Shown: positions 29,401 through 37,552 of the stretch, in pieces
Layout of the letters: every line of letters begins with the position of its first letter
How positions within the stretch are numbered: position 1 is the stretch's first letter
IMG/VR virus record: IMGVR_UViG_3300028374_000796
Reading direction: 5' to 3' (one strand)
DNA: 64,000 bases
Source: a virus
Position numbers and translations under genes: made by a program
Notes under the pieces: generated by a model
What the model was told of the DNA's origin: nothing
What the model saw: only the letters and a program-made list of their open reading frames with translations
Database searches by the model: none

Positions 29401-30251
29401 ACAGCTTCCATGAAGGCATCATCTACCAGAACGCTGATATTGAATTTCGTGAGCTTTCCACTTTCTTGCTTGGCTCTTACGAATTCTTCAATGTCGGGAT
29501 GCCAGATAGGAAGGGCGGCTAACATAGCGCCTTTCCGGGGCATAACTTTTTCGATTCGATCCTGCGTATCATCGTCCAGATGATTAGTTAGACGATCCTC
29601 GTAGCCATCATTATCTCCTTTAACGATCATAGCAGACATTTTGTCCCATAGTTCCATATAAGAAACTACTCCGGGATGACGAATGCCAACCCCTTTGATC
29701 AGAGTTCCACGGGGACGAATGAATCCAAAATTGATTCCGTATCCGCCTTCGCTTTTTAGAGTGTCTGCTGCTTCCAGTAGAGACAAGAAAATATTAGTGA
29801 GAGAATCCGGTGTTTGATCCGTTTCCATATCACAAACGATCTTAGCATCTGTATTAGGAACGCTCTTTGCGTAAGAAATCTTAGCGTCAGAAACAGGAGA
29901 ATTTATGAAGCAATTAAGTAGAGTTGCTTTATCAAAGATTGTTCCTGCATTCGCAGTAATACGTCCCCCTGTGGTGCATTTAAGGCCGTCTGCGACCCAT
30001 CGTTCCCCTTCCAGATCTACATAAAAGTCTTCACCACCTTTGTCAGATTCCTTAGCAGGTTTAAAATCCACCAACGTTTTCAAAAATCGATCGTACCATA
30101 CTTCTACTTCTTTTTCTGTAGCTTCATAATGGGATCTTTCCACTTCTGCCAGGGCCCTAGCAACTCTTTGAAAAGTTTCAAGGGGTGTTTCGTCTCCGAA
30201 TCTATATTTAGTCTCCCAGTTTTCGCGTGCTAAAAGGGTTTTAAAAATCAT
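26424..30251 (-). CDS. nrdJ: Class II (B12-dependent) ribonucleotide reductase with intein
   Basis: GGRITANAG, NCF, RPRG loop, RAEPGV, SNP|intein|CGE, CLLGSVNL, DQSVSKTCN; C-terminal TSCPD-like region and zinc ribbon; no ATP cone. Confidence 0.92.
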   Translation of the reverse strand: MIFKTLLARENWETKYRFGDETPLETFQRVARALAEVERSHYEATEKEVEVWYDRFLKTLVDFKPAKESDKGGEDFYVDLEGERWVADGLKCTTGGRITANAGTIFDKATLLNCFINSPVSDAKISYAKSVPNTDAKIVCDMETDQTPDSLTNIFLSLLEAADTLKSEGGYGINFGFIRPRGTLIKGVGIRHPGVVSYMELWDKMSAMIVKGDNDGYEDRLTNHLDDDTQDRIEKVMPRKGAMLAALPIWHPDIEEFVRAKQESGKLTKFNISVLVDDAFMEAVENDTMYDLHFEGKTYKQVKAVELYDLIMESTYNRAEPGVLFFDNMNRQNPLVYLGPVTASNPCVAKGTLVATEKGLVPVEDVKVGDKIQTSLGFDPVQEIEVHEDCPVYLVKFSDGTSLRVTEGHIFHVMQNSNCRKKWDNTVRLKDLKVGDYVRKQPYRFKTTNRIDLTRNDGFLAGYWLGDGCRSELKRFILSANSVEDNSYLTGALEKAGMTFCEDHSAEGNAMHLRVQSKAASEFFEKVGLDNLQYSHEKCPPEWWLNSNSEFLSGVLDGLISSDGNVNRSSRYPSIRFKSTSQKLHNFFREVCLISGADYKLYEVAKAGDLRSIYGREVVRNHDVYEGHLTNDCIEAVYRFTGGISHPDKHDQLESIVCGRQLTGTKWKVKIESIELDGKDTVYDLYEPKSDDWNTHGIVSRGCGEIPGTSYLDKGYKPAPYLEPYMGDFDNHLIGFTTVCLLGSVNLTRFVRDDRSFDYEGYRDAINTFARMLDNVNDIGAVPLPAYDWALKNIRQYGMGVNGLGSAMFMMGIRYGGDGGNEFVRRIQQAKDDETLRASALLARERGPFPMYEEKYLDTPYFKDYCTAADSTKELVRQYGLRNAKRLTNPPLGNSSVICDMVSNGIEPVFSFGYDRTVISDKWPHGLTRDNVKDILEEVEVGDSTAWRGEYNGRMWHYEPHNRGLCFVEKVQDYGYSWVLKHFPNDIDQDAEYLSTAQDLKVNEHVQVQALIQESCDQSVSKTCNLPKNYPFDEFKDLYVQAWKAKLVGFTTYRDGIMENVLAVSGSEPTSKSTASSLSELLKERGLLDEDAEITDEGVIVRDTKLPPKFSNGDTVKVKAEGNKYYLHLSYLPDDDQFPIAFWVHTNDMADGEYVSLNRAVKSVTKLLIGKGVDFDLVYEQLEKIKDDLHHVRLCKMIGMALRHNIGIVSVVHALTDIEGDYIASTLTAARKFLTSHIEDGTVVVGKECEACGSPNLIYEGGCDKCLDCGNGSCG
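28146..29213 (-). mobile_element. Intein (356 aa) with LAGLIDADG endonuclease and atypical C-terminus
   Basis: Starts CVAKGTLV after NP; block B VTEGH; FLAGYWLGDG and LDGLISSDG motifs; ends VYDLYEPKSDDWNTHGIVSRG|CGE. Confidence 0.9.
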
Positions 30252-30310
30252 ACGTGTGACTCCGTGTGGACAGATTTTTTCTACTGCCCTATCTATATAA
30301 AGGTTGTCGT

Positions 30311-31282
30311 TCAGTTGTGAATAATGAAACTCTGGAGTAAAAGGCGTCCGGGTTTCCCCATTTTGGACTTCGCTTCTACGTCGCAGATAGTTCGATATGC
30401 CTTAAGCAATTCTTCGATGTTGCGGGTACTAATCTGGTCAGATACTTTATTGTCAAAAATCCATTTGGATAAACCAAGTTCTGCTGCTATCTGACTGTCA
30501 CCTGTTCCTGCATCTCTTAGGGATCTAGCTTTCAGGAGGTTCTCTATTCTATCAAAGAATCCTCGAATTATTACTAACTCGGATCGGACCCACTGTGTCT
30601 CAGGGGTCTTTTCAAAATGACGGGCCATAAATTGGAGGGCAACATTCTTATTTCCCAATCCCCAATGCCGTACAATCTCAAAAGGAGATAAAGCACTTTG
30701 ACTATAAAGAACCGCCTGAATATCCTCAGGCTCGATGATTTTCCTCTCGCCACAATAGATAGCTACTTTATCTAATTCATTAGAAAGAGAAGGGAGAGAA
30801 TTACCGACATTCATTACAATGGCTTCTGCAAAATCCTTTTTAAGTCGTAACCCTCTTTGGTTTGCTTCTTCCACTAACCATTCTCCCAGATTCCAGTCTT
30901 TAATCGTGTCACATTTAAGGGTATCAACGACTTTAAGAGACTTAAACCATTTCGCATCTCTCCCCCGATCGGTAGAGACAAAAACTACCACTTTATCCGT
31001 AGAAGGATTTTTGCAGTAGGCTTTTAGAAGTTTCTGGTTTTTTATTTTATTAGCATCCCTAACTACTATTAGTTTTTTCATAGAAAGAAAAGAGGCAGTT
31101 GCCTCTAAAAGGGCAGGTTCTAGCTCCTCATCGTCATCGCCGCCAACATAGGATTCATAATGGTGATTCGGAAGAAGAATTTTGGCTCTAGCTAATTCTC
31201 TATCCTTAAAAAAAGATTCATTACCTAGAAATGAAACGACTTTAGGTTCGGAACTCCAATCTATTTTTTTAATTGTCATCAT
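30311..31282 (-). CDS. holA: DNA polymerase III delta-like clamp-loader subunit
   Basis: FLGNESF, SFLSMKKLIVVR, VGNSLPSLSNELDKVAIY, I...DI. Confidence 0.8.
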   Translation of the reverse strand: MMTIKKIDWSSEPKVVSFLGNESFFKDRELARAKILLPNHHYESYVGGDDDEELEPALLEATASFLSMKKLIVVRDANKIKNQKLLKAYCKNPSTDKVVVFVSTDRGRDAKWFKSLKVVDTLKCDTIKDWNLGEWLVEEANQRGLRLKKDFAEAIVMNVGNSLPSLSNELDKVAIYCGERKIIEPEDIQAVLYSQSALSPFEIVRHWGLGNKNVALQFMARHFEKTPETQWVRSELVIIRGFFDRIENLLKARSLRDAGTGDSQIAAELGLSKWIFDNKVSDQISTRNIEELLKAYRTICDVEAKSKMGKPGRLLLQSFIIHN

Positions 31283-32294
31283 TAAGCCCCTCTCTTCCTG
31301 TAAGGATCGCATTCTGTAATTGATGAGAAAAAGCCAACCCTCGTCGGTCTCTTAGATCATGCAAATTTTTGAAAGCATCAAACACTCGATAGGATTTATC
31401 TTCCCAGTCCTCTTTAATAAAGAGAACGTCTTCTAGACGATCTTGATTCAGGATTTTTTCTATATTTTCTTCCAACAAAAGAACATCGTGAACGATCCCA
31501 AATAAGAAATCAAAAAATAAGGGTTGGTCATCTTCTGGAATTTTCCCTATAAATTTTAGAACTATGTGGACGGGAGTCCTTCTTAGATTTTTGAAAAGAC
31601 TGAAAGCTCGATTCCTTAGTTCAAACCCCGTAAGGGATTCCTCTTTGGAGGGCTGTACTAACCTCAGGGCGCGATCTAAAGAACCCGAGCATAATCGAGA
31701 GGCAAGTATCTTTTCGTCTTCATCGAGTTCTTCTGGAGCGTCCAGAAGGTCATAGATGATGTCGTCACTCAATGGAGCGAAATGAGTGGTCACTGTTCGG
31801 GATCTAAGAGTAGGGAAAACCAGTTCCAAATTGGTTACCGTGAAGATAAAAAGTGTATCCTCGAAACCATCCTCAATCGTTTTTAGGAGAGCATCACTTT
31901 GTTTATGCGAAGGAAAGTCCTGAATATCACCAAAAATGATAACCCGCTTTCGGGCTTCTGCTCTGGGCTTATTAGCCTCCTCCAATGATTCACGAATTAC
32001 ATCTATCTTAAAAGAAGATTCATCCTCTTCTTTTTTGAAAACATGGATATCAGGATGTGTGCCAGAATCAACCATTGAAATTAATCTCTGGTCTGTTTCA
32101 AAATCTCCGGTCATATTAATATGCTTTGCGTATTGCAGGGCGCAAAATAATTTCCCTGTACCCTCTCTACCGTAAAAAAGTAATGCTTTTGGCCATTTCT
32201 TATTTGAGTGTAGATCTTTTAGATATGAGACAGTTTGGGACTGTCCCTTTACCTTATCTAAAGGGTAAATATTTTTTGAGGATGATGAATTCAT
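31269..32294 (-). CDS. holB: DNA polymerase III delta'-like clamp-loader subunit
   Basis: KGQ, ALLFYGREGTGK, HPDI, DALLKTIED, PTLRSR; degenerate Walker B. Confidence 0.82.
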   Translation of the reverse strand: MNSSSSKNIYPLDKVKGQSQTVSYLKDLHSNKKWPKALLFYGREGTGKLFCALQYAKHINMTGDFETDQRLISMVDSGTHPDIHVFKKEEDESSFKIDVIRESLEEANKPRAEARKRVIIFGDIQDFPSHKQSDALLKTIEDGFEDTLFIFTVTNLELVFPTLRSRTVTTHFAPLSDDIIYDLLDAPEELDEDEKILASRLCSGSLDRALRLVQPSKEESLTGFELRNRAFSLFKNLRRTPVHIVLKFIGKIPEDDQPLFFDFLFGIVHDVLLLEENIEKILNQDRLEDVLFIKEDWEDKSYRVFDAFKNLHDLRDRRGLAFSHQLQNAILTGREGLNDDN

Positions 32295-32384
32295 ATTCGT
32301 AGGTCTTAAAGAGTAATATCGTGGGTAGTGTTCTACTACCTCCAGAACTACTCAGACCTACCCTTTGTTCCAAACCAAAATACA

Positions 32385-32414
32385 AAATCCCAAGCCGTAT
32401 ATGACTTGGGATTT
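32385..32414 (-). terminator. Terminator-like hairpin
   Basis: AAATCCCAAG / CTTGGGATTT inverted repeat. Confidence 0.55.
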
Positions 32415-32440
32415 CTAACTAGATGATATGTAAAAAGATT

Positions 32441-32719
32441 TTACATACTAAATGAACCACCTTTGGAAATGGTCCAGGACCCATTGCATTCACTACATCT
32501 ATATCGTACCCACTTCCGATCCCTAGGATCTTCCGTCATAAGAGCGCTATCACCTTCGCAGTCTGCCCTGGCCCTACAAGATACATGTACAATTCTCTGC
32601 TCAAGTAACTGACGCTGACCAAAAATCTTCTCAGGATCTTTGGAGGGTTCCTCTACCTCAGTCTCTTCTTCAGTTTCTTCCTCAATTTCTTGCGATTCTG
32701 TTTTATCTTCTTCGCTCAT
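32441..32719 (-). CDS. Small zinc-binding protein with acidic N-terminus
   Basis: CRARADC ... CSEC. Confidence 0.7.
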   Translation of the reverse strand: MSEEDKTESQEIEEETEEETEVEEPSKDPEKIFGQRQLLEQRIVHVSCRARADCEGDSALMTEDPRDRKWVRYRCSECNGSWTISKGGSFSM

Positions 32720-32732
32720 AATGGATTATACC

Positions 32733-33068
32733 TCATAATTCCTCAAAAGGAGGAAATTTTTGATTAACTGCATCTCTAACTAATTCTTCAAAAGCCTCCA
32801 TGTCCTGTCGGTCCCAGGCCCTTCGGAGGCTCGCATTAAATGGAGGGTTTTCAAAAAGGTCTAAAAGTCTATCAAAATCTGCTCGGGTGATCTTCTCCTG
32901 CTGGTTAGAATTAGAGGGAGAAAATAAAACAAATCCTCTTTTGGGAGAAAAATTAACCGCCCAATCTTCACTAGACTTAAAAAAAGATTTGGCAAATTTT
33001 AAAACGATCGGATATGCTTTGTCCTGTGACAAGGACTGCGTATATCGCATTTTTTTAGATTCGGACAT
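32733..33068 (-). CDS. Hypothetical protein
   Basis: 111-aa ORF in the operon. Confidence 0.65.
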   Translation of the reverse strand: MSESKKMRYTQSLSQDKAYPIVLKFAKSFFKSSEDWAVNFSPKRGFVLFSPSNSNQQEKITRADFDRLLDLFENPPFNASLRRAWDRQDMEAFEELVRDAVNQKFPPFEEL

Positions 33069-33113
33069 AAAAACCTTGCTCTTATTTAGATACCTAAGTA
33101 TAAAATTAGAACT

Positions 33114-33773
33114 TTATGAATCATTGTCCGGTCTATTTTTCATTTCCTGGAGCTTTTCCTCAGCATGTGCGTACAGAATCTCTGCCACTGCAATATATGA
33201 AATTACTTTTTGCTCGTCATCCCAATGCGAGGTTGAATAAAGAAATTCTGCGGTGATTTCCGAAATAGATTTGGCCGCAGAATCGAGTCTCTGCTCTAAT
33301 ACTTTTTTCACTTCCAGAACGGTTTCCATATTCGAGGTATGAATAGGATAAACGCCGAAAGGATATTGAAGTCTGGCGAGTGTTAATTGATCCTCGTTTT
33401 CAGTATCTTCAAATTCTGAAAATATATCCTGAAAAACGTCTTCCCTAATTTCGGGAGTAATGTCATCAAACCTGGTATATGGATCCCCTCCAATATGAGA
33501 CTGCATTAGATGATCAAGACGATCCAGTGTGTCTTTTTGAAGGAAAACAGGAACTCGATTATCAGAAACGTGTGAAGGAATGAATGGACGTTCTCCCGAG
33601 GATGCGATGAAAAAAGAATCAGGGAAATTATTATAAATATCATTGACCGCAGTCAATCCTAGATTGAACTCTTTTACCATTCGTTTCAAAAGGGTAACTC
33701 GGTCGCCTTTATAATTATCTTCCCAAAACTTCATCTGTTTGGGGCTAACTTTAACTTTTAATGAACTGGACAT
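33114..33773 (-). CDS. Hypothetical protein
   Basis: 219-aa ORF with GGAG RBS. Confidence 0.75.
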   Translation of the reverse strand: MSSSLKVKVSPKQMKFWEDNYKGDRVTLLKRMVKEFNLGLTAVNDIYNNFPDSFFIASSGERPFIPSHVSDNRVPVFLQKDTLDRLDHLMQSHIGGDPYTRFDDITPEIREDVFQDIFSEFEDTENEDQLTLARLQYPFGVYPIHTSNMETVLEVKKVLEQRLDSAAKSISEITAEFLYSTSHWDDEQKVISYIAVAEILYAHAEEKLQEMKNRPDNDS

Positions 33774-33861
33774 TGCCTAACTCTCCGTAGCAGGTGATTA
33801 CTTAATTTTTCTGAGATTAAATTATCATGATCGAAGGGAAAAATCAAGGATCAATAGAGGA

Positions 33862-34092
33862 TCAATCGACAACCTCAAGAACCACCCTCTGAGTATAAGG
33901 AACTCCTGCGCTACTATCATAAACATGAAGATGATCAACCACCTTAAACAAGCCTTTAATTTTTCCAAAGGTAGGAATTGTAAAAGATAAATGGATTCGA
34001 TCATCCAGATATAGGGCGGGAAGCTCAATAGTATAAGCTTCCTCACCCCATACCGTTGGGGATAAAATCTCTGTTTTAATTAAAGCGTTCAT
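33862..34092 (-). CDS. Small hypothetical protein
   Basis: 76 aa; ATGA-type overlap with the upstream gene. Confidence 0.6.
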   Translation of the reverse strand: MNALIKTEILSPTVWGEEAYTIELPALYLDDRIHLSFTIPTFGKIKGLFKVVDHLHVYDSSAGVPYTQRVVLEVVD

Positions 34093-35375
34093 TTTTTAAT
34101 AAAGACTTCAGACACATCAGGATCGGTCTTCCAAAGTTTCTCCAAATCCTCGTTTTGGTATTCAGTAAGGTCATCTTCGTCGACACCCTCAAAACTTTCG
34201 GCAGTAGAGCTTGGGGTTGTCGACTGATTTCCTTCAAACAGGAAGGTGAAATTGCCGTCACCGTCTTCCTGGATCTCAGTAACCGACATGGCATATTGAG
34301 CGTCTGCTCTTTTCCTAGAAGAGAATTTAGGAATCTTGATATCCAACATACCTTGATCGATCATATCATTAAGCATGTTGACCATCTGTTCCCTACCAAC
34401 GGTCACATTGGTAGTTACAGTCGAAGGTACGATGGTAGTTACAGGACCTTTCTCTACAACTTTGGGGGCGCTTGAAACTCTTTCCAAGAAAGGCTTGTTC
34501 TTACTTTCACTATTTCCAAACCTTGAATTGGGCGAAGTAGCTTTTACTCCTTCCATCGAAGATGTGAAGGCCTTCTCATTTTTAGCTTCCTTCTTGGGAG
34601 TTGTGGGGGCAGTAGGGGTAGCGACGACGCTTTGCCTTAACTCTGAAATGGAAAAAGTGTTTCCTTTTCCATTGAATTTTTTATTGAAAAGTGTCTCCAT
34701 CCTATCTTCAAAATCTTTTTCGGTATCTTGAATCCCTTTGATAAGGTCTTCACTCTGAGAGTCTATATCCCCTTCAGTAAACAGTTCACTGAACATTTTT
34801 CTAGCTTTTTCCCCTGTATATGTATAAACTTTAGGAGTCTCTACGTCTACGTCTAACGTGTCTGAAAAGAACTGAAGGGCTTGGCCTTCTAATGCTTCTT
34901 TAAGTCGGTTACGGTTTCCCTCAGAAAGCCCAGGAACATTATCAATGGTGTTTCGAAGGTCCTGTTCATGGTCTACATCATCACCTTCAAATATAGCAAG
35001 CTTTTCGATGAGAACAAAATCTTTGAGAACGTCTAATAAGACCTCCAGATTATCTGCATCTTCATAGTTTCTCAGATGCTCGATTTCGATAAACTCGGCC
35101 ACTTCTTCAAAATAGGAAGATAATTTCTTTTTAAGATCCCTGTGCGTCTTAGGAATTCGTTCCAAAGACATTTCCGGTACTTCACCTTTATAGATGCCCA
35201 GGTTATTATAAATTCTCTTAAATTCAAAGACATTATAACGAATATCCTCCATGTTGACAACATTGATTAGAGATTCTAGTTCGCCCAGAAAATCTAACTG
35301 TGCTGTACTTACAGTGACCTTATCATGTTTAAGTTCATCTACGGCTTCTACCAGGTTTTCAGTGTCTCTTTGCAT
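34089..35375 (-). CDS. Hypothetical protein
   Basis: 428 aa, AAGGAG RBS; helical N-terminus, T/P/S-rich linker. Confidence 0.8.
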   Translation of the reverse strand: MQRDTENLVEAVDELKHDKVTVSTAQLDFLGELESLINVVNMEDIRYNVFEFKRIYNNLGIYKGEVPEMSLERIPKTHRDLKKKLSSYFEEVAEFIEIEHLRNYEDADNLEVLLDVLKDFVLIEKLAIFEGDDVDHEQDLRNTIDNVPGLSEGNRNRLKEALEGQALQFFSDTLDVDVETPKVYTYTGEKARKMFSELFTEGDIDSQSEDLIKGIQDTEKDFEDRMETLFNKKFNGKGNTFSISELRQSVVATPTAPTTPKKEAKNEKAFTSSMEGVKATSPNSRFGNSESKNKPFLERVSSAPKVVEKGPVTTIVPSTVTTNVTVGREQMVNMLNDMIDQGMLDIKIPKFSSRKRADAQYAMSVTEIQEDGDGNFTFLFEGNQSTTPSSTAESFEGVDEDDLTEYQNEDLEKLWKTDPDVSEVFIKK

Positions 35376-35406
35376 AATATCGTACTCCTTTCTATTTTAG
35401 GATAAA

Positions 35407-35970
35407 TTAAGATTCTTCATTAATGTGAACTGGGTCGGTCACAGCTAAGTTCGTTGTTGCTTTCTTGAAAAGTCCTCGGTCTTTTAAGTGAAGGACAAAC
35501 TCCTGAACACTCTTAGCGTCTCTTAGAGACGAGCTTTCCTGACGCAACTTTTTAAGAAGGTCAATAGAAAATACGATTTTATGCTCTTCATAAATAAGAG
35601 CGGCTACATCTCTAACTAAATGATCTTCTCCATCATTTTCCTGAGAAGATATGAAAGTAAAAGGTTCTTCAACCCCCCCGCTTTCAACTCTCATTCGATC
35701 ATAACAAAAAACGATCTCGTTATGATCTTCATTTTTATCAATCTGAATCTCTCGAAAAACAAAGAATACATCTCCATCACATAAACGATCGGGACTGGGA
35801 GGAGTTTCAGGTAGGATGGTTAGATCAACAGGACATTCATTATCATTAGGATCTGTATTCCTTTGTAACCACATAAGTAATTGTGCAAACCTACCCTGTG
35901 AAAAGGGAACTAATAATGAACCCACTCTTTTGACTTCTAAATTTTTTCGTTTGGATTTAGATTCCTTCAT
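35407..35970 (-). CDS. Hypothetical protein
   Basis: 187-aa ORF in the operon. Confidence 0.75.
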   Translation of the reverse strand: MKESKSKRKNLEVKRVGSLLVPFSQGRFAQLLMWLQRNTDPNDNECPVDLTILPETPPSPDRLCDGDVFFVFREIQIDKNEDHNEIVFCYDRMRVESGGVEEPFTFISSQENDGEDHLVRDVAALIYEEHKIVFSIDLLKKLRQESSSLRDAKSVQEFVLHLKDRGLFKKATTNLAVTDPVHINEES

Positions 35971-35978
35971 AATACTAG

Positions 35979-36251
35979 TTACTCCTTGATATCTAGAATG
36001 ATCGCTCGATTCCTTCTACCACCAATAGCGTTGAAGATAGTTTTCATACTTTCAATGATGATTCCACCTCTCCCAATAATTTTTCCTCTATCATCAGGAA
36101 CTACATCAATAGAAAGAACTGTAGTAGAAGAAGTTTCTGTTACTTCTATCTCTACTTCCTCAGGAACGGCTACTAAATTTTTAATGATATTTTCAAGCAG
36201 AAGCTCAGGACTTTCAGGATCTTCAAATTCGTACATCATTTTGGACTCCAA
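35979..36251 (-). CDS. khpA: KH-domain RNA-binding protein, KhpA/UPF0109 family
   Basis: IIKNLVAVPEEV, DDRGKIIGRGG (GxxG loop), size about 90 aa. Confidence 0.88.
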   Translation of the reverse strand: MESKMMYEFEDPESPELLLENIIKNLVAVPEEVEIEVTETSSTTVLSIDVVPDDRGKIIGRGGIIIESMKTIFNAIGGRRNRAIILDIKE

Positions 36252-36379
36252 GTGTAGATTATTTTCGTCTTATCAAGAAGACTCATGTCCTCTCTCACTA
36301 TACTATACGATGAAATTTAGAATAGCACCTGAAAAAAGACAAAATAATCCATCTAACTTATCAAAAAATCGTAAAATCT

Positions 36380-37520
36380 AATGATAGCACATACATTTAA
36401 CCCCAACCACAATACTCTCTAACAAGATCCTAGTTTTAGAATCTTGTTTTTATCTATCTTCTACTTCGATACAACCTCTATCAAAACTCATTTTCATTTC
36501 TATCTACTTCATTACTTTCGAGAACAACCGTTTACTACTTTTACTTCATCTACTTCATTTACAACTATAAACACCGTTAACACTAATGCTACCGCTGTTA
36601 TTACTATTTCTACTGTTATACTTACTTCTGGTTCTACACTTGCTTTTACTTCTGGTTCTACTTATACTGCTGTTTTTACTTTTGCTTTTACTTCTGGTTC
36701 TACTTATACTGCTGTTTTTACTTTTGCTTTTACTTTTGCTTTAGCTTCTATAGTATTTACTGTATTTTTGGTAATGGAAAAAGAGTTTCACTCTCTCTTT
36801 ATATTCTATATTACTATCATATATATTAGATATAATATTAGATAAGTATATAGAAGAAGGAAGAAGGTTACTATTATTAGAATAGAATCCTTCTCTGATA
36901 AAGATACTAGGATCAATCCTCTTAGTTGTGTTTGTATATGTTGTCATATTACACTCTGTTAGAAATTGACCTGAATTACTTAACCCTTAGAAATTTCTTC
37001 TTAGCAGTCTACTCAGTCCTTACTGAGTTCCATGTCCTAAAAAGTTTTAACAAGTCATGAAAACTATTTTTCAATGCCGGTCTTCTTCTTACGAAGATCC
37101 ATGCGGCCTAATTCTTCTTGTCTGATCTTTTCCTTATTACGAGAAAAGGATAAACGAAAAGAAGATGAGACTTGAAATCTCTTTGGGAGTCACTGAGAGG
37201 ATAATTCTTAGTAAGAAGACTCTCAGTCTCTCTCATCGGTTTTTTTCTGAATTAGGGAAATCGGTAAACCCTTTAACTCTGATTCTTCTTACTAGGGATT
37301 GATCAGAGCTGCTTCTATGATCTTAGAACAAAATGAAAGGGAATAAACATTCCCACTAAATTCCAAACTACTTACTAGAACCTTCTGACAGGCTTCTGAA
37401 GCTATTCTTAGTAGAAGGACGATATAGGAGCCCCGTTTTCTATAGAAAAGCGTTAGAAGGGACGTGAGAGTAGTTATTCTTTTTATATCTAATCACTTCT
37501 AGTAGTGACGGGAACCCCTT
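36380..37520. other. Gene-poor AT-rich region; candidate replication origin or control region
   Basis: About 1.1 kb without a convincing gene at a strand switch; repeated TTCTTCTTA(C/G)TAG-like motifs and hairpins. Confidence 0.4.
36621..36745. repeat. 42-bp tandem duplication with partial copies in a pyrimidine-rich tract
   Basis: GCTTTTACTTCTGGTTCTACTTATACTGCTGTTTTTACTTTT at 36642-36683 and 36684-36725, flanked by partial units. Confidence 0.9.
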
Positions 37521-37552
37521 TTTCTAAATTTCATCTATCTAGAGTTTTCTGA

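Noticed and set aside
36621-36745. Repeat as a possible CRISPR array
   Set aside because: The units are directly adjacent with no unique spacers, and no cas operon is present. The PD-(D/E)XK nuclease is 31 kb away among recombination genes.
36444-36845. Plus-strand 133-aa T/F/S-rich ORF
   Set aside because: Product of the pyrimidine-rich tandem repeat, with no RBS or family similarity; kept only as a repeat.
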